From an uncultured Candidatus Rokubacteria bacterium (lineage in GTDB: Bacteria; Methylomirabilota; Methylomirabilia; Rokubacteriales; DASRDR01), in assembly GCA_963805625.1 (NCBI GenBank), contig CAWDVE010000010.1:416001-480000 (forward strand): 64,000 bases of DNA. The letters are read 5' to 3'. A program made the translations under genes and the position numbers. Positions within the stretch are counted from its first letter, which is position 1; every line of letters starts with the position of its first letter. The notes beneath the pieces are model-generated. The model saw nothing but the letters and a program-made list of their open reading frames with translations. It had not been told where the DNA came from and did not search any database. This document shows positions 22,687-33,000 of the stretch, in pieces.

Positions 22687-22835
22687 CGGGCTGTGAGGGG
22701 CCCTTCCCTCGGAGGTGGCCTTCAGGAGTCCCTGGAGACCGTGGGCGCTGGGCTCGGCGTCGTCGGTGCGGCGGGGTGGACCCGACCGTCGGAGGCAGGG
22801 TCACGAGGAGCCTGCCCCTCGACTGACGACCCGGC

Positions 22836-22891
22836 GAAACGGGCGGCGCCGTCCCGTCTCCCGGGGAACCCGGATGGGACGGCGCCGCCCG
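22836..22891 (-). terminator. Long GC hairpin downstream of the cytochrome c gene
   Basis: 19-nt arms 22840-22858 and 22873-22891 (one non-Watson-Crick position), followed by TTTC on the minus strand. Confidence 0.65.
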
Positions 22892-22905
22892 AACAGCAGA
22901 CGAAG

Positions 22906-23316
22906 CTACTTCTTCAGCGTCCGGATGTAGTGGACGACCTGGCCGCGCTCGGTCTCGGAGAGAGCTGCCCAGGGGGGCATCGCCCCGCGACCGGTTGTGA
23001 TCTTCCAGAGGAGGCAGCCGTCGGTCTGCTGCTGCACCTTCGCCGAGGTCCAGTCCGCCGGTTTCGGGTTCAGGGCTGCCGCGCCGGGTCCATCACCCTT
23101 CCCCCCGTCGCCGTGGCACGCGGTGCACGCCTTGTCGACGGTGAGCTTCTTGCCGGCTGCAATGGCCGCGTCGCTCTTCGCCACGGAGTTCTTCTTCCCG
23201 TTCTCGGCGGCCGGGCAGGTCCATGCGCCCTGCGCCCATGCGGGAGCGGTGACGGACGGTACGGCTAGGAGGGCGGCGATCGCCACCGTCCCGCCGAGAA
23301 TCAGACGACGTGCCAT
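22906..23316 (-). CDS. Periplasmic mono-heme c-type cytochrome
   Basis: Signal peptide, CTACHG, KPADWT, GAMPPW distal Met. Confidence 0.92.
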   Translation of the reverse strand: MARRLILGGTVAIAALLAVPSVTAPAWAQGAWTCPAAENGKKNSVAKSDAAIAAGKKLTVDKACTACHGDGGKGDGPGAAALNPKPADWTSAKVQQQTDGCLLWKITTGRGAMPPWAALSETERGQVVHYIRTLKK

Positions 23317-23403
23317 TGGAGCCTCCTCTTTGGGGCCGGATCGGGGGAGGTGACGGAATTCACAAGCATCGACTTCTGATGTAACACCGAAGGAGCGCGG
23401 GGG

Positions 23404-24990
23404 TCAAGCGTGGCCGTTTCCCTCGGCCCTTTCGGCGGCAGCCGTGGCGTCCGCCCAGGGCGCGAGCAGCAGGAGCAGCCCGGCGAGAAGACCGTAGCCG
23501 CCCGCCAGAAGGCCGGGCCAGGCCGACTCGCTCCCCCCCGGCCAGAAGAGGCCGCCCGATCCGAGGGGCGAGTGGATCATCCCGCAGAGGCTTCCCAAGC
23601 TCGCCACGGAGAGAAACGCGGCCGCCGCCAGGAGGCGGCGGTCGATGATCATCGCGGTCGCCGCCGCCCAGAGGAGCGCCGACAGGATGAAGCCGTTGCC
23701 GAGGAGCCGCAGCGCCAGGACGGCGTGGGCCGCCTCGCCGCGTATCGCGCCCGGGCCGAGTCCCAGGCTGCCGAGGATGCCGCTCAGCTCGATCATCACG
23801 AGCGCCGCGGTCGTCGGCACGAACGCGAGCGCCACTGCGGGGGCGTGGCGCGCGGGCGTGGCGAGGAAGGCCTGAGCGGTGATCTCGAGGCCGACGAAGA
23901 TGAGGATCGGGACCACCGCGGCTTCCGGCACGAAGCCGACGAGGATCGAAACGACGCCCCCCATAGCCCCGAGTCCGATCACGAGCCCCGTTGCCAGGGT
24001 GTACCCTGCCCGCGCGCCCATCGCCTTGTAGGCGGGATGGCCCACGTACGGGGTGTTCTGGACCACGCCGCCGGCCACACCCGCGAGGATCGTCGCCAGG
24101 GCCTCGGTCAGCAGGATGTCCCGCGTCCGGTAGCGATCCCCGGCAGCGATGGCGCTCTCGGTGTTGTCGATGCCGCCGATGACGGTCGCGAGCGCGAACG
24201 GCAGCGCGACCGACAGCGCGCCCCACGTCTCCCCGAGCGCGTCGACCCAGGCGAGCGTCGGCCAGGGCACCGCGAGCCGCCACTCTCCGGGCGCCATCAG
24301 CACGTGGCTGCTCGGGGCGATTCCGGCCCAGCGCTCCACCCCGTAGACTCCGCTCCCCACGACGACGGCGGCCAGGGCGCCGGGCAGCCGTCTCGGCAGC
24401 GCGATCCGCCCGACGAGGGTGACGAGGATCAGTCCGAGCGAGAGGAATCCCACCAGCGGGTCCGTGATGACCTTGAGCATGGGCAAAAAGGCGATCAGGA
24501 GCACCGAGACACCCGCAATCGAGCCGAGGAGCCCTGCGCGTGGCACGATACGCCGCACCCACTCGCCGGCGAACGCCAGGGCGAGCTTGGCGACGCCCAT
24601 GGCCACGGTGACGCCCATGCCCACCTTCCAGGCGAGCACCGGGTCCCGCGTCGCGAGCATCGTCGGTCCCAGGACCCCGAACGTGACGCCGAACAGGGAC
24701 GGCGTGTCGATCCCGAAGGGCATGGCGGTCACGTCCGCTCGCCCGGTCTGTCGGGCCAGCCGCCGGGCCAGCCACGTGTAAGAGAGATCTCCTGCCAGGA
24801 CCCCGAGGGCCGTTCCGGGAACGATCCGGTAGAGCACGAGATCCGAGGGAAAGCCGAACACGCCGACCAGGAGGCCGGCGAGCACCACCAGGTTCGTGAG
24901 ATTGTCGACGGCGAGGCCGAAGAACGCGTTCACGTCCCCGGCGGCGTACCAGCGGCCCGGGGTCGCGCGGCGCAGGTCTCGAGTCGTCAC
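23404..24990 (-). CDS. Polytopic permease, NCS2-like (xanthine/uracil-type) family
   Basis: GDVNAFFGL, TAMPFGIDTPS, YVGHPAYKAMGARAGY; many hydrophobic segments. Confidence 0.75.
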   Translation of the reverse strand: MTTRDLRRATPGRWYAAGDVNAFFGLAVDNLTNLVVLAGLLVGVFGFPSDLVLYRIVPGTALGVLAGDLSYTWLARRLARQTGRADVTAMPFGIDTPSLFGVTFGVLGPTMLATRDPVLAWKVGMGVTVAMGVAKLALAFAGEWVRRIVPRAGLLGSIAGVSVLLIAFLPMLKVITDPLVGFLSLGLILVTLVGRIALPRRLPGALAAVVVGSGVYGVERWAGIAPSSHVLMAPGEWRLAVPWPTLAWVDALGETWGALSVALPFALATVIGGIDNTESAIAAGDRYRTRDILLTEALATILAGVAGGVVQNTPYVGHPAYKAMGARAGYTLATGLVIGLGAMGGVVSILVGFVPEAAVVPILIFVGLEITAQAFLATPARHAPAVALAFVPTTAALVMIELSGILGSLGLGPGAIRGEAAHAVLALRLLGNGFILSALLWAAATAMIIDRRLLAAAAFLSVASLGSLCGMIHSPLGSGGLFWPGGSESAWPGLLAGGYGLLAGLLLLLAPWADATAAAERAEGNGHA

Positions 24991-25074
24991 GGAATCCTCG
25001 CCCCCGTTTCCGGCCCGCTCCGTACGGAGCTCCGGTCTGGCGGCCCCCGGTGCCGAGACCGGTTGTCCCGACCG

Positions 25075-25389
25075 TCAGCCAGCGGCGCGGGCGGCGGCGA
25101 GGAGCTCCCGGGCAGAGGCCCGGACACGCTCGCCGAGCGCCTCGCACCACGCGAAGCGGGCTCGCCCCTCGGCAACCTCGCGGAAGTCGAGCTCGATCGG
25201 GGGCGACCCCGGCGGCGGGGCGGAACGTCCGCCGAAGGCGAGGCGTATCCCGAAGGAACGGCCCTCGCGGGCTCCGCCGGAGTCGAGGAGCGCCTCGATG
25301 CGAGAACTCTCGCGCTTGGCGTGCGAGCGGACGAAGCCCGCGAGCCAGGTGCCGGTTTCGTGGTAGTCGGCGGGGATACTGGGATTCAT
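25075..25389 (-). CDS. Hypothetical protein (104 aa)
   Basis: Protein-like ORF filling the nrdJ-permease gap on the same strand. Confidence 0.65.
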   Translation of the reverse strand: MNPSIPADYHETGTWLAGFVRSHAKRESSRIEALLDSGGAREGRSFGIRLAFGGRSAPPPGSPPIELDFREVAEGRARFAWCEALGERVRASARELLAAARAAG

Positions 25390-25484
25390 GCGCGACGCAA
25401 CCGTGACCGGCCCGGAGCCGCCACGCGCCCCGGGCCTGACCAGGGGCGCGTGGCGGTCGCGGCCAGTCGCTCAGGGAGCGGGGC

Positions 25485-27770
25485 TCAGCACTCGTTGAAG
25501 CCGCACCCGTAGCACTTCTTGCAGCCTTCCTCGTAGACGAAGGTCGCCTGTCCGCACTCCGGGCAGATGTCTCCCGCCACGAGCTTCGCCGCGGGCGCAG
25601 CCGGTTGTTCGGTCTCCTCCACCTTCGCTTGGCCGAGGTGCTCGGCCAGAACGCGCGCGATGCCGTCCGGGAGCGAGAGTACCCGCTGCGGGCCGAAGCC
25701 GAGCGGCCGCCCACCACCGATCCCCGAGAGCTGCGCGACGACTTCCTCGAGGCGACGCTTGGTCGACAAGGGGGACGGCATGCGGAGGGCCAGGGAGATC
25801 AAACGCCCCATGGCCTCGGCGACCGCCATCGTGTCGGACCCGGCCTTGCCCACGGAGACGAAGACCTCGAAGGGTTCGCCGTCGCCGTGCTCGTTGACGA
25901 CGGTGTAGGCCGTGCCGAGCGGCGTCTCGACGCGGTACGTCCGGCCCGTGAGGCTGCGCGGGCGGGGCTTGACGACCGCCGGCAGCGGGGCCGCCGCGGC
26001 CTCGCTCCGCTTGTCGGCACGGCCCGTCTTGGTGCCGATGGTGAGCACCCCCTCCTTGCAGCCGTCCCGGAACACGGTGATGCCGAGGCATCCCAGCTCC
26101 CAGGCGAGGAGGTAGGCCCGGGAGACGTCGTCGAGCGTCGCCGAGTTGGGCAGGTTGATGGTCTTGGACACTCCGTTGTCCGTGTACTTCTGGAAGGCGC
26201 CCTGGTGCCTCACGTGCCACTCGAAGGGCACCTCGTGTGCCGTCACGAAGACTCGCTGGACGTCTTCCGGCACGCCGGCCAGCCCGTGCACGACGCCGCG
26301 CTTGGCAATCTCCTCCATGAGCGCGTCCGAGTAGAAGCCGCGCTCCCGGGCCACCTCGGCGAAGATCGGGTTCGTGAAGGGCAGGATGCGGTCACCCACC
26401 TTGTGGGTGAAGGCGATGGCGAAGGCCGGCTCGACACCGGAGGAGCACCCCGCGATCATCGAGATCGTCCCCGTGGGGGCGATGGTCGTGACCGTCGAGT
26501 TCCGGAGCGGCCGCCCATGCTTGTAGATGGACCGCGGCCAGTTGGGGAACGGCCCGCGCTCCTCGGCGAGCTTCGCCGACTGATCGTGCGCCTTCTCGTT
26601 GATAAACGCCATGAGCCGGTCCCCGAGATCGAGGGCTGGCTGGCTGTCGTACGGGATCCCCATCCGGAACAGGAGATCCGCCCACCCCATGACGCCGAGG
26701 CCGATCCGGCGGTTGGCCTTGACGGTCTCGTCGATCTCCGGCAGGGGGTACGGGTTGACCTCGATGACGTCGTCGAGGAATCGTACCGACAGCCGGACCA
26801 CACGCTCGAGCTCGGTCCAGTCGACCGCCCACTCCCCGTCGGCCTGCCGTCGCGCGAACATGGCGACGTTGATGGATCCGAGGTTGCACGCCTCGTTCGG
26901 CAGGAGGGGCTGTTCCCCGCAGGGATTCGTGGCCTCGATCAGCCCGATCTCGGGCGTCGGGTTCGCCGGGCTCGCGTTGATCCGGTCGAGGAAGACCATG
27001 CCGGGATCGCCGGTCTGCCACGCGGCGCGCACGATCCGGTCGAACACGTCGCGAGCAGGCAGCCGGCTGATCACCTCGCCGTTGTGCGGGGCGATCAGCT
27101 CGTACTCCTCACCCTTGTGGATGGCATCCATGAACCGGTCGGTTGCCGCGACCGAGATGTTGAAGTTGACGATGCCGCCGTCGAGCTTGCACTCGATGAA
27201 TTCGAGGACATCGGGGTGGTCGATCCGGAGAATGCCCATGTTGGCGCCCCGCCGGGTGCCGCCCTGCTTCACCGCCTCGGTCGCCCCATTGAAGACCCGC
27301 AGGAAGGACACGGGACCTGAGGCCTTGCCGCCGGTGGAGGTCACGACTGCGTCCTTCTGGCGGAGACGCGAGAAGGCGAAGCCCGTTCCACCCCCCGACT
27401 TGTGGATGATGGCGGCAGACTTCACGGCGTCGAAGATCTCCTCCATAGAGTCGCCGACCGGGAGGACGTAGCATGCCGAGTATTGGAGCTGGTTCCCCTT
27501 GCCGGCGTTCATGAGGGTCGGAGAGTTCGGCAGGAACTTCGAGTCCACCATGAGATCGAAGAAGGCGCACGCGATCTCGTGCACGACCGCCGGACTCTTG
27601 CCCCAGCGCTCCTCCCCCTGGGCGATGGCGACGGCCACCCGCCAGCACATCTCCTCGGGGGTCTCCTGGGCCCGGTCCCCCTCGTGCGTGAGATAGCGCT
27701 CCCGCAGAACTCGGAGCGCCTGCTCCGTCCACTTGCCGACTCGGGGGGGGCGCGTCGCCGTGATCGCCAT
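25485..27770 (-). CDS. nrdJ: Adenosylcobalamin-dependent (class II) ribonucleotide reductase with C-terminal TSCPD-like domain and Zn ribbon
   Basis: FLPNSPTLMNAG, SACYVL, TNPCGEQPL, CNLGSIN, TIAPTGTIS, CPECG...EGCKKCYGCG; ATG 27770. Confidence 0.95.
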   Translation of the reverse strand: MAITATRPPRVGKWTEQALRVLRERYLTHEGDRAQETPEEMCWRVAVAIAQGEERWGKSPAVVHEIACAFFDLMVDSKFLPNSPTLMNAGKGNQLQYSACYVLPVGDSMEEIFDAVKSAAIIHKSGGGTGFAFSRLRQKDAVVTSTGGKASGPVSFLRVFNGATEAVKQGGTRRGANMGILRIDHPDVLEFIECKLDGGIVNFNISVAATDRFMDAIHKGEEYELIAPHNGEVISRLPARDVFDRIVRAAWQTGDPGMVFLDRINASPANPTPEIGLIEATNPCGEQPLLPNEACNLGSINVAMFARRQADGEWAVDWTELERVVRLSVRFLDDVIEVNPYPLPEIDETVKANRRIGLGVMGWADLLFRMGIPYDSQPALDLGDRLMAFINEKAHDQSAKLAEERGPFPNWPRSIYKHGRPLRNSTVTTIAPTGTISMIAGCSSGVEPAFAIAFTHKVGDRILPFTNPIFAEVARERGFYSDALMEEIAKRGVVHGLAGVPEDVQRVFVTAHEVPFEWHVRHQGAFQKYTDNGVSKTINLPNSATLDDVSRAYLLAWELGCLGITVFRDGCKEGVLTIGTKTGRADKRSEAAAAPLPAVVKPRPRSLTGRTYRVETPLGTAYTVVNEHGDGEPFEVFVSVGKAGSDTMAVAEAMGRLISLALRMPSPLSTKRRLEEVVAQLSGIGGGRPLGFGPQRVLSLPDGIARVLAEHLGQAKVEETEQPAAPAAKLVAGDICPECGQATFVYEEGCKKCYGCGFNEC

Positions 27771-27846
27771 GCCAAACCTCCTTGACTCTAGATCCCTACG
27801 CTCGCCATCCGCACGGCCACTGCCTTGATCACACCGATCCAGGAGC

Positions 27847-27894
27847 ATACCGTATCTTGTGGGCGGGCGAATCCTGGCATACGAGATTTGGGGC
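27847..27894. promoter_or_regulatory. Tandem NrdR boxes
   Basis: ATACCGTATCTTGTGG (27847-27862) and ATACGAGATTTGGGGC (27879-27894), 32 bp apart; resemble acaCwAtATaTwGtgt; upstream of nrdJ. Confidence 0.72.
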
Positions 27895-27900
27895 TGTCAA
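27871..27900 (-). promoter_or_regulatory. sigma70-type promoter of nrdJ
   Basis: TTGACA (27900-27895), 18 nt spacer, TGc-CAGGAT extended -10-like. Confidence 0.55.
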
Positions 27901-27991
27901 CAAAAAATCGGATGCCCCATAGAGAAATTCTTCACAAGGCATCACCTCGTCATCGTCTCTGCTCACGGTCGACGGGCGAGCTGGCGCTTCC

Positions 27992-28042
27992 TTGACACCG
28001 CCCCCCCGCCGAGACTAGAGTTCGACGGACTGACCAGTCAGT
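27992..28042 (+). promoter_or_regulatory. Promoter and palindromic operator of the TetR/efflux operon
   Basis: TTGACA 27992-27997, TAGAGT 28016-28021, inverted repeat ACTGAC-CA-GTCAGT 28029-28042. Confidence 0.7.
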
Positions 28043-28103
28043 TCTATCCTACCGTCACGGCCCCACCGAGGACGGTTCACGCCGGGAGCGCGGAAACAAC
28101 GCC

Positions 28104-28709
28104 ATGAAGGGCTCGATCAAAACGCCGCGGCAGGCGGCCAAGCGTGAGCAGATCGTGGAGGCGGCGTCGCGCGTCTTTGCCGCCCACCCCTACCATGTGG
28201 TCTGCATGGACCACGTCGCGGAAGCCGCGCGGGTTGGCAAGGGCACGCTCTACCGCTACTTCCCGTCCAAGGAGGATCTCTACCTGGGTGTCGTCGCCGA
28301 GGCGTTCGACCTCCTCATCCGGCAGCTCGAGCGCGTCGAGGCGGAAGATTTCCCGGCGGCAGTCGCGCTCGCGCGGATGATCGAGGCGATCGTGGAGACC
28401 TTCGCCCGCCACCTCCCCTTCTTCCGCCTGATGCAGCAGGGGGAGGCTCGGCTGTTCCTCCGCAAGAAGCAGGTCGTGCGCGCGCGGCGTGATCGCATCG
28501 CCGACGGCCTCGCCCGGCTCCTCGAGCGCGGGGCTCAGACGGGGGTGTTCCGGAAGGTGGACCTCGACCTCGGGCCCTCGATGCTGATCGGCCTCGTGTG
28601 GGGCACGACGCTCAATCACGCGGACGACACCCCGGCAGAGGTCCTCGCCCAGCGGGTGGCGGATCTGTGCCTCCACGGGATCCTCCAGTCCTCCCCGGAG
28701 ACGCTCTGA
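28104..28709 (+). CDS. TetR/AcrR family regulator
   Basis: VAEAARVGKGTLYRYFPSKEDL helix-turn-helix. Confidence 0.95.
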   Translation: MKGSIKTPRQAAKREQIVEAASRVFAAHPYHVVCMDHVAEAARVGKGTLYRYFPSKEDLYLGVVAEAFDLLIRQLERVEAEDFPAAVALARMIEAIVETFARHLPFFRLMQQGEARLFLRKKQVVRARRDRIADGLARLLERGAQTGVFRKVDLDLGPSMLIGLVWGTTLNHADDTPAEVLAQRVADLCLHGILQSSPETL

Positions 28710-30013
28710 TGGCCTTCGTCCGCCGCTACCGAGTCTCCCTGGTCCTCCTCGTGCTGCTGGGCATCGTGGTGGCGCTGGTCATCGGCCGACTCCGGGACCA
28801 GCAGGCCAGGGCCGTGCCGCGCACGAACCGCGAGGTCCAGGTGGGTGTCGTCAAGCCGGAGCGTCGCTCGCTGGACGTGACGCTTTCCTTCACGGGGGAT
28901 GTCCTCCCGAGCCGGCAGACCTCCATCTTCGCGAAGACGTCCGGGTACATCCGGGCGATCCACGTCGAGCGTGGACAGTTCGTGAAGGCCGGCGCGCTCC
29001 TCGTCGAGATCGAGCCCACCGAGATGGAGAACGCGCTCGATCAGTCGCGGGCCGCCCTGGCGAGCGCGGAAGCAAGCCTGCAGGTGGCGCGCTCGAATCT
29101 CGAGTCGACCAAGGCGAACCTGTTGAACCAGCAGGCCCTCCTGGCGAGGGCCCAGGCGGTGCTGACCAACGACCAGCGACAGGCCGAGCGGCTGGCGGAG
29201 CTGTTCGCCAAGGGGCTCGTCGCCGCCCAGGACCGGGACAACGCCCGCACGGCCTACCAGGCGTCCCAGGCCGCCGTGAACGCCCAGCAGGCCCAGGTCG
29301 AGGTCGCACGAGTCCAGATCGCCACGACCGACAGCCAGGTGCGCCTGGCCGAGGCCCAGGTCGAGCAGCAGCGGTCGGCCCAACGGATGGCGCAGATGCG
29401 CGTCGACGACACGCGGATCGTCGCCCCGTTCAGTGGCTTCATCTCGCAGCGCAATCTCGAGGTCGGCGCGGCGGTGAGCAACCAGGCGGCGGCGACGAGC
29501 AATGCGTCGATCGGCATCCTGATGCTGCAGGAGATCAACCCGGTCAAGGTCCAGCTGGAGGTGCCGGAGCGGGACGTGGCTCGCGTCGGGGTCGGCAACG
29601 TCGTCCGCCTGACGAGTGACGCGTATCCCGGCCGGCAGTTCTCGGGCAAGGTGGCGCGCGTCGTCCACGCGCTCGACCCCCGTACCCGGACGATGGGCCT
29701 GGAGGTCGACATCCCCAACCCGGAGGACCTGCTGAAGCCTGGCATGTACGCGCGGGTCGAGTTGCTCCTCGAGGTCCGCAAGGACGCCCTGCTGGTGCCG
29801 CTCGAGGCGCTCACGGGCAGCGAGGGCCGGCCGACCGTGCTGATCGTGCGGGACGGCAAGGTCGTCCTGACGCCGGTGGAGCTCGGCCCGACGGACGGCC
29901 CCGTGGTCCAGGTCACCAAGGGTCTGGGGCCGGACACGGAGGTCATCCTGCAGGGCAAGGACCTCGTGCGCGAGGGCATGACTGTTCGGGCCGTGCCCGC
30001 CAAGTCCTACTGA
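28709..30013 (+). CDS. RND efflux periplasmic adaptor subunit
   Basis: N-terminal TM, SGYIRAIHVERGQFVKAG lipoyl half, long coiled coil, LKPGMYARV; TGATG coupling to tetR. Confidence 0.93.
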   Translation: MAFVRRYRVSLVLLVLLGIVVALVIGRLRDQQARAVPRTNREVQVGVVKPERRSLDVTLSFTGDVLPSRQTSIFAKTSGYIRAIHVERGQFVKAGALLVEIEPTEMENALDQSRAALASAEASLQVARSNLESTKANLLNQQALLARAQAVLTNDQRQAERLAELFAKGLVAAQDRDNARTAYQASQAAVNAQQAQVEVARVQIATTDSQVRLAEAQVEQQRSAQRMAQMRVDDTRIVAPFSGFISQRNLEVGAAVSNQAAATSNASIGILMLQEINPVKVQLEVPERDVARVGVGNVVRLTSDAYPGRQFSGKVARVVHALDPRTRTMGLEVDIPNPEDLLKPGMYARVELLLEVRKDALLVPLEALTGSEGRPTVLIVRDGKVVLTPVELGPTDGPVVQVTKGLGPDTEVILQGKDLVREGMTVRAVPAKSY

Positions 30014-30028
30014 GGCCGGGACCGGCAC

Positions 30029-33000
30029 ATGTGGCTGACGCTCGTCGCCGTCCGTAACGCCATCGCGGTCCTGATGGCGGCGCTCGCGATCGTGGTCCTG
30101 GGCGGGACGTCGCTGAAGCGGCTGTCCATCGATCTGTTCCCGAACATCAACCAGCCGGTGGTCACGGTCGGGACCGTCTACACGGGCGCGAACGTCCAGG
30201 ACATCGAGAAGACGGTCACCTACCCGATCGAGAAGGTGGTGAGCGCCGTTCCCGGCGTCCATCACGTCGAGTCCCGGAGCCGGCAGGGCATCTCCGTCGT
30301 CCAGGTCTGGTTCAACTACGACGCGGACCTCAACGCCGGCCAGAACGACATCATCCAGCGCATCCAGCAGATCAGCAACACCCTGCCCTCGGGCATCAAG
30401 CAGCCGTTCATCATCCGCGCCGACCTCTCCAACATCCCCGTCTGCCTCCTGACCGTCTCCGGGGGCGGCTTCGACGAGCGGCAGCTCTACGACATCGCCT
30501 ACAACACGATCGAGCCGCAGATCGAGCGGATCAACGGCGTCGCGGCCGCCAACGTTGACGGCGGCAAGATCCGGCAGATCGCGGTCAACCTCAACCGCGA
30601 CCTCCTGTACGCGAAGGGCATCTCGGTCCTGGACGTCGTCCGCTCCGTCAACGACTCGAACTTTCTCATGCCGTCGGGCGACATCAAGATCGGCACCATC
30701 GACTACAACATGTTCACGAACAACCAGTTCCAGCTCGTCAAGCCCATGGAGGACATCATCGTCCGCAAGGTGGGTGACGTGCCCGTTCGGGTCCGGGACC
30801 TCGGCTACGTCCAGGACTCGTCCGAGCAGCAGACGAGCGTTGTCAGGGTCGACGGTGCGCGAGCGGTCTACCTGCGCGTCAACAAGCAGCCCTCCGCGAA
30901 CACGATCGAGGTCGTGGACGGCGTCCGGTCCCTCCTGTCGAAGCTCGACCGCGTGCCGCCCGGCGTGAAGGTCGGACTGATCTTCGACCAATCGACCTAC
31001 ATCCGGCAGTCGATCGAGAGCCTCTGGCACGAGTCGGTCCAGGGCGCCGCGCTGGCGTTCCTGGTGATTCTCATCTTCCTCCGGAGCGTCCTGTCGACGG
31101 TGATCATCTCCATCGCGATTCCGCTCTCGATCATGTGCACCCTGATCGCCATGTACTTCCTGGGGCAGACGCTGAACATCTTCACGCTCGGGGGGCTGGC
31201 CCTCGCCGTCGGACGCCTCGTCGACGACTCGATCGTCGAGCTGGAGAACATCAACCGCCATCTCGCCATGCCCGGAAAGGACCGCCGCACGGCCGTCCTC
31301 GACGCGGCGCGCGAGGTCGCGATGCCCATCTTCGTCTCGACCATCACGACGATCGTCGTCTTCCTGCCGACGGTCTTCCTCGAGGGCCAGGCGAAGCTGC
31401 TCTTCATCCCGCTGACGTTCACGATCTCGTTCTCGCTCTTCGCCTCGTTCCTGGTCTCGCGGACGGTCACTCCCCTGTTGTGCCTGCGCCTGCTCAAGCC
31501 CAAGCCGATTCGCGATCACGGGCAGCCCGGACTGCGGGACCGGTTCATGGCCTGGACCCAGGCGTTCTTCGACGGGCTCGACAGCGCGTACCAGGACACC
31601 CTCCGCTGGGCCCTCGGCCACCGCAAGGTCGTGGTGCTGGGCGTGCTCGGGGTCTTCCTGGCGAGCCTCACGCTGGTGCCCCTGATCGGCTCGGAGTTCT
31701 TCCCGAGCTCGGATGAGAGCCAGTTCCGCGTCACGCTGCGCGGCCCGCTCGGCACCCGCGTCGAGGAGACGGAGAAGGTGGTCGCCCGGATCGAGGACCT
31801 GGTCCGGAAGAACCTCCAGCCCGGCGAGCTGAAGTCCATCGTGTCAAGCGTGGGAATTCCTGGCGGGCGCTCTGCGCTGTTCACCGGGAACACCGGGCCC
31901 CACGCGGCGCAGGTGCAGGTCTACCTGGACACGCCGGACCGGCGCAAGCGCAGTGACGTCCAGATCGTGAACGCGATCCGACCGCGCTTCGTCGGGGAGT
32001 TCCCGGGATCGCTCACCTACTTCAACCTCGGCGGCATCATCAGCCGGGTGCTGAACCGAGGTTCGCAGAACCCGCTCGAGGTCGAGGTGCTGGGGTATGA
32101 CCTCGACGATGCGCCGGGAGTGGCCCGCGAGGTGGCCCGGGTCATGCGCGACACACCGGGCGTTGCCGACGTCCAGGTGAGCCGGGAGGGCAACTACCCG
32201 CAGTTCAGCGTCGTGGTCGATCGCGAGAAGGCCGCGACCGCGGGACTGAGCCAGCGCGACGTCGCGCAGGCGGCGCTCTTCTCCCTGAACTCGAACGTGA
32301 GCGTCAATCCCTCGATCTTCACGGATCCGCGCAGCGGGAACCAGTACAACATCGTGGTGCAGCTCGATGAGCCCTTCCGCGTGCGGCCCGAGGATCTCGG
32401 GAAGATCTTCGTCACCGCTCCCGCCGGCCGTCCGATCGTGCTCTCAACCATCGCCGACATCCGGCGGAGCGTCGCTCCGGTCGAGATCGAGCGGAAGTAC
32501 CAGCAGCGGCTGATTCGCGTGTCCGGGAACCCGGCCGGCCGCGACCTCGGGGCCATCTCCGACGACATCGAGCAGCGTCTCGCAACCATCCAGATGCCGT
32601 CCGGCTTCATGGTCCAGATGGGCGGCCAGACCGCGCAGCAGCGCGAGGCGTTCTCCAGTCTGGCGTTCATGATTGTTCTGGCGTTGATGCTCGTCTATAT
32701 GGTCATGGCGTCCCAGTTCCGCTCGCTCAAAGACCCCTTCATCATCATGTTCTCGGTGCCGATGGGTCTCATCGGCGTTATCCTCGCCCTGTTCCTGACC
32801 CGGACCACCCTCTCGACCACCTCCTTCATGGGCGTCATCATGATGGTCGGGATCGTGGTCTCGAACGGGGTGCTCCTGGTGGAATACACGAACGAGCTGA
32901 GACGTCGCGGCATGCCGCTCGGTGAAGCGGTCGTGCGGGCCGGCAGGACGCGGCTTCGCCCGATCCTGATGACCAGCCTGGCCACGGTGTTCGGTTTGAT

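Noticed and set aside
25485-27770. Intein or intron in nrdJ
   Set aside because: Catalytic motifs are contiguous and the protein is compact (761 aa)
28616-31621. Very long antisense and alternate-frame ORFs (1001 aa here and many others)
   Set aside because: Expected shadow ORFs in high-GC DNA, opposite well-supported genes
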